A stretch of DNA of 64,000 nucleotides from assembly GCA_963812155.1 (NCBI GenBank), contig CAWETW010000003.1, positions 896,001 through 960,000 of the forward strand. Reading direction: 5' to 3'. Numbering within the stretch: position 1 is the first letter of the stretch; every line of letters starts with the position of its first letter. Shown piece after piece: positions 60,441-64,000 of this stretch. A program made the translations under genes and the position numbers. The notes under the pieces are model-generated. The model saw nothing but the letters and a program-made list of their open reading frames with translations. It was not told the DNA's origin and did no database searches. Source of the stretch: Vulcanimicrobiota bacterium. GTDB lineage: Bacteria; Vulcanimicrobiota; Vulcanimicrobiia; Vulcanimicrobiales; Vulcanimicrobiaceae.

Positions 60441-61768
60441 TGCGGTTTGGAATCGTCGGCGGCGGTTTACTCGGGATGACCCTCGCGTGGGATCTTTCGA
60501 AAGCCGGTCACGACGTAACGATACTCGAAGGAGCGCCCCGTTGCGGCGGCCTCGCCGGCCCGTGGCAACTGGGCAACGTCGTTTGGGACCGGCACTACCA
60601 CGTGACGCTGCAAAGCGATCTCGTGTTGCGAGAGCTCTTGCAAGAGCTCGATCTGGAGCCGGATCTGCAATGGGTCAAGACCGGAACGGGCTTTTTCGTC
60701 GATGGAAAGATGCACCCGTTCTCCGGGGCCGCCGATTACGCACGATTTCCGCCTTTGTCCCCGCTGCAAAAATTTCGACTCGCCGCGACGATCCTCAAGG
60801 CATCGCGAATCAAGGACTGGCGCCCCCTCGAGCGATTGACGGCGGTCGAGTGGCTCACGCGGCATTGCGGGCGTACGACCGTCGAGCGCATTTGGCTGCC
60901 GCTGCTACGCGCGAAACTGGGACCGCATGCGACGCGCGCGTCGGCAGCGTTCATCTGGGCCATCATCGCTCGCATGTTTGCGGCCCGCGGAAGCGGACCC
61001 AAGCGCGAAATGTTCGGTTACGTCCGAAACGGATACGCCCGGACGCTGCGCCGATTCGAAGAGAGACTCGCCGCACGTAACGTCGAGATTCGGACGTCGT
61101 ACCGGATCGAGCGAATCGAAGCCGCTCCGGACGGCGTCGCCGTGATTTCCGCCGGCGATTCGATTCGTTTCGACCGTGTCGTCGTTACGTTGGCGGCGCC
61201 GCTGGCCGCGCGGTTGTGTCCGGGCCTGACGGCTCGCGAGCGTGCGCTTTGCGAGGGCGTCGAATACCAAGGCATTATCTGCGCTTCGCTGTTGACCGAT
61301 GCGGCGCTCACGCCGTACTACATCACAAACATCGCCGATGCTACCGTTCCGTTTACGGCGGTCATCGAAATGAGCGCATTGGTGGACAGCAGTGAGTTCG
61401 CGGGCAAATCGCTGATCTATTTGCCGAAATACGTGTCGTCGGACGATCCGGCGTTCTGCATGACCGACGACGAAATCGAGAGCACGTTTCTGGCCGCCTT
61501 GGAGCGAATGCACCCGGCGTTTGCGCGCAGCTCCGTTCGCGCATTTCGAGTCTCTCGAGTACCTTTCGTTTTCCCCATTCCGACCTTGGGCTATTCGGAA
61601 CGCCTGCCTCCAATCAAGACGACCGTCGAAGGGTTATTCATGGCGAACAGCGCTCACATCGTCAACGGGACGCTCAATGTTAATGAGACCGTAAAACTCG
61701 CTCACGGCTTGGTGCCGTCACTTCTCGCGCCTGCGCGACCGTCCGGCTCGCCCGTAGCGGTCGCATGA
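60440..61768 (+). CDS. FAD-dependent oxidoreductase (protoporphyrinogen/amine oxidase-like)
   Basis: IVGGGLLGMTLA, LEGAPRCGGLA and WDRHYH. Confidence 0.88.
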   Translation: MRFGIVGGGLLGMTLAWDLSKAGHDVTILEGAPRCGGLAGPWQLGNVVWDRHYHVTLQSDLVLRELLQELDLEPDLQWVKTGTGFFVDGKMHPFSGAADYARFPPLSPLQKFRLAATILKASRIKDWRPLERLTAVEWLTRHCGRTTVERIWLPLLRAKLGPHATRASAAFIWAIIARMFAARGSGPKREMFGYVRNGYARTLRRFEERLAARNVEIRTSYRIERIEAAPDGVAVISAGDSIRFDRVVVTLAAPLAARLCPGLTARERALCEGVEYQGIICASLLTDAALTPYYITNIADATVPFTAVIEMSALVDSSEFAGKSLIYLPKYVSSDDPAFCMTDDEIESTFLAALERMHPAFARSSVRAFRVSRVPFVFPIPTLGYSERLPPIKTTVEGLFMANSAHIVNGTLNVNETVKLAHGLVPSLLAPARPSGSPVAVA

Positions 61769-62751
61769 GAGCCTCCCTATCGCTCGACCTCGACAACCAG
61801 TGGTCGTACATGAAAACTCACGGCGACGCGGCTTGGCAATCGTTTCCGTCGTACCTCAACCTGCTGGTTCCGCGAGTGCTCGACGCTTTGGATCGCCTGG
61901 GTTTAAAAATAACGTTCTTCCTCGTCGGACAAGACGCCGCATTGCCCGAGCACGCCGACGTATTCGCCGAGATCGCTCGCCGCGGGCACGAGATCGGCAA
62001 CCACTCGCACCATCACGAGCCGTGGATGCACCAACGCAGCGAAAACGCGATAGAAAGCGAGCTTGCGTGCGCCGAGGAATGTATCGAAAAGGCGACCGGG
62101 CAGCGGCCGCGAGGTTTTCGCGGACCCGGCTTTACCCGGTCCAATTCGATTCTGCAGACGCTCGTGCGACGAGGCTATCTTTACGATGCGTCGTCGCTCC
62201 CGACTTTCATCGGACCGATCGCGCGCGCGTACTACTTCCGCAGTGCGAAGCTCAGCGAATCCGATCGGCGCGAGCGAGAAGATCTCTTCGGCGGTTTCGC
62301 GGACGGGTTTCGGCCGAACCGCCGGCACACGATCGAGCTGCAAAACGGATCGATCACCGAGATTCCGGTCACGACGTTTCCGTTTCTCCGCGTCCCGATT
62401 CACGTTAGCTACGTCCTGTACGCTTCGACGATTTCGCCTGCGGCAGCTCTGGCGTATTTTCGAGCGGCCCTCCAATGGTGCAAGCTTACGCGCACGGAAC
62501 CATCGATACTCTTGCATCCGCTCGACTTTCTATCGGGCGACGAGTGCCGGGAACTGGCTTTCTTCCCAGCGATGAGTATGAATCCCGAAACCAAGCGACG
62601 CGTCGTCATGGAATCGATCGAGGCGCTGGCGAGCGGCTTCGACGTGCGTCCTCTGATCGAGATGGTCGGGCGCGCCGGGGACACGCACGGAACAAATGGT
62701 AAGGTTGCAACCGTTTCCTACAATAGTGGTATTACGACGAAAGTGGGATAG
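61765..62751 (+). CDS. Polysaccharide deacetylase (CE4/NodB-like)
   Basis: SLDLD, ITFFLVG, HEIGNHSHHH, GFRGPGF, YDASS and LLHPLDF. Confidence 0.9.
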   Translation: MRASLSLDLDNQWSYMKTHGDAAWQSFPSYLNLLVPRVLDALDRLGLKITFFLVGQDAALPEHADVFAEIARRGHEIGNHSHHHEPWMHQRSENAIESELACAEECIEKATGQRPRGFRGPGFTRSNSILQTLVRRGYLYDASSLPTFIGPIARAYYFRSAKLSESDRREREDLFGGFADGFRPNRRHTIELQNGSITEIPVTTFPFLRVPIHVSYVLYASTISPAAALAYFRAALQWCKLTRTEPSILLHPLDFLSGDECRELAFFPAMSMNPETKRRVVMESIEALASGFDVRPLIEMVGRAGDTHGTNGKVATVSYNSGITTKVG

Positions 62752-62861
62752 GGATGGGTCGCTCCGCCCCTTGGTTTGCCCCACAACCAACCGTGCGTTA
62801 GAATGATGCGTCGTTTGGTGTGGGACCCGCGATGTACCTCGGCACTCAGGGGGCGTTGTAG

Positions 62862-63974
62862 ATGGCTGCAAGGACGGTCGGAGTTTCTCCGGTCGCGGTA
62901 ACGGGTTTCGAAGGGCTCCATCGATCGCGAAAAAAGCGCATCGAGACGCTTCTTCGGCGTTTGATTGGGCTCGTAAACGGCAAGGGCTGGGCCCTCGGTC
63001 TGTTCGACGTCGACGGCGACCTCGTCGATTACGACGTTTCGCAATCGGGAATTGGCGGGCGCTTGGCTCTCTCGCTCCTCTGCAAGGTGCCTTTTCCGGT
63101 CACTCAGGGGCCGGTCGTGCTGCAAGCCGGCGTAGTGCCGGGCGAAAACGAGCCGTGGGTGATCGGCGTTGCGACGTCTGCAGGCACCGGCCGCTCTTTT
63201 GCGTGGATCGTGCAACTGTCTTTACCTCCCGAGCCGGCTCCCGCCGAACTCGCCGACGAACTTCAGCGGCTTACGCACGAGATCGCACTCCTAATTACCG
63301 ACGCGCCGAGTCACAACGGCGAACGGCCGCGGCCGCTCGCGCGAAACGGCTTTCACGGGTTCTACCTGTTGGATCCGGAATTCCGCGTGGAGCGCGCGTG
63401 GCATACCCGCGAACCTCTATCGTGCGACTTTGCCGACCTGATCGAACCGCGCGACCATCGACTGCCTACCGTCGTCGAGCGTGCAGTGCGCCGCCTTACG
63501 GCATCCTGGAATTTCCTGAGCATCGGGGCTTGCGCGACCGGAGTCGCCTATCCGCTTCCCGATCTCATGCTGAAAGTCGTACCTATGTCTGCGATCGGGC
63601 CCGACGTCTACATCGGCGTGTTCGCGGAACAATGCGTCCCTACGCACGCGATCGAGCGTGCCGCAGCGACGTTCCGCATCTCGTCTCGCGAACGCGAAGT
63701 ACTGCACGCGTTGCTCGACGGCAACTCCATCGCCGAGATCGCCGCGACCCTCAATTTGGCCGAATCGACCGTGAACGACCACATTGCCCGCATGATATCG
63801 AAAACCAACGCGCGCAATCGAATTGAAATGGCTGCGATGCTGCTGGGTTGGCCGGACGTTGCGGAGCGCAACGCTAGCGCACCACGGAACGGACGCCCCG
63901 CCAGGTCGCGCGTACGGGTTGCGTGGCGCTATAAAATCGCCACGACGCCCGCAGGGCCCGAACCGGTCGGCTAG
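62862..63974 (+). CDS. LuxR-family HTH regulator with unrecognised N-terminal region
   Basis: ISSREREVLHALLDGNSIAEIAATLNLAESTVNDHIARMISKTNARNR. Confidence 0.82.
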   Translation: MAARTVGVSPVAVTGFEGLHRSRKKRIETLLRRLIGLVNGKGWALGLFDVDGDLVDYDVSQSGIGGRLALSLLCKVPFPVTQGPVVLQAGVVPGENEPWVIGVATSAGTGRSFAWIVQLSLPPEPAPAELADELQRLTHEIALLITDAPSHNGERPRPLARNGFHGFYLLDPEFRVERAWHTREPLSCDFADLIEPRDHRLPTVVERAVRRLTASWNFLSIGACATGVAYPLPDLMLKVVPMSAIGPDVYIGVFAEQCVPTHAIERAAATFRISSREREVLHALLDGNSIAEIAATLNLAESTVNDHIARMISKTNARNRIEMAAMLLGWPDVAERNASAPRNGRPARSRVRVAWRYKIATTPAGPEPVG

Positions 63975-64000
63975 AGCGTTAGCGCCGCCGGCGCAGATGA

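Overview
A GC-rich bacterial chromosomal segment. Gene content and expanded lipoprotein families suggest Eremiobacterota/Vulcanimicrobiota (WPS-2), but this is inference only. The left end holds a mutS-mutL-miaA-hfq-dapF-GNAT-radical SAM-Na+/H+ antiporter run and two beta-barrel-like genes. Next is a K+ homeostasis cluster: two small peptides, kdpABC, a soluble protein with two tandem KdpD sensor domains, a divergent TM-GAF histidine kinase with a NarL-type regulator, and two TrkA proteins. The middle holds tRNA-Pro(CGG), uvrC, a one-piece tmRNA and accessory secreted or membrane genes. The right end is an ~18 kb divergent Wzy-type polysaccharide locus with a D-glucuronyl C5-epimerase homologue and an Amj-family flippase but no Wzx. 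Many conserved genes carry single-base frameshifts, often in short G/A runs, which look like unpolished long-read errors, so gene ends are reconstructed. The best candidates for new biology are the split and duplicated KdpD sensing system, the Amj/C5-epimerase polysaccharide locus, a secreted Asn/Gly-repeat protein pair, a secreted adenosine-deaminase-like enzyme, and a tmRNA with a non-canonical T-loop. No CRISPR array, integrase or transposase was seen.
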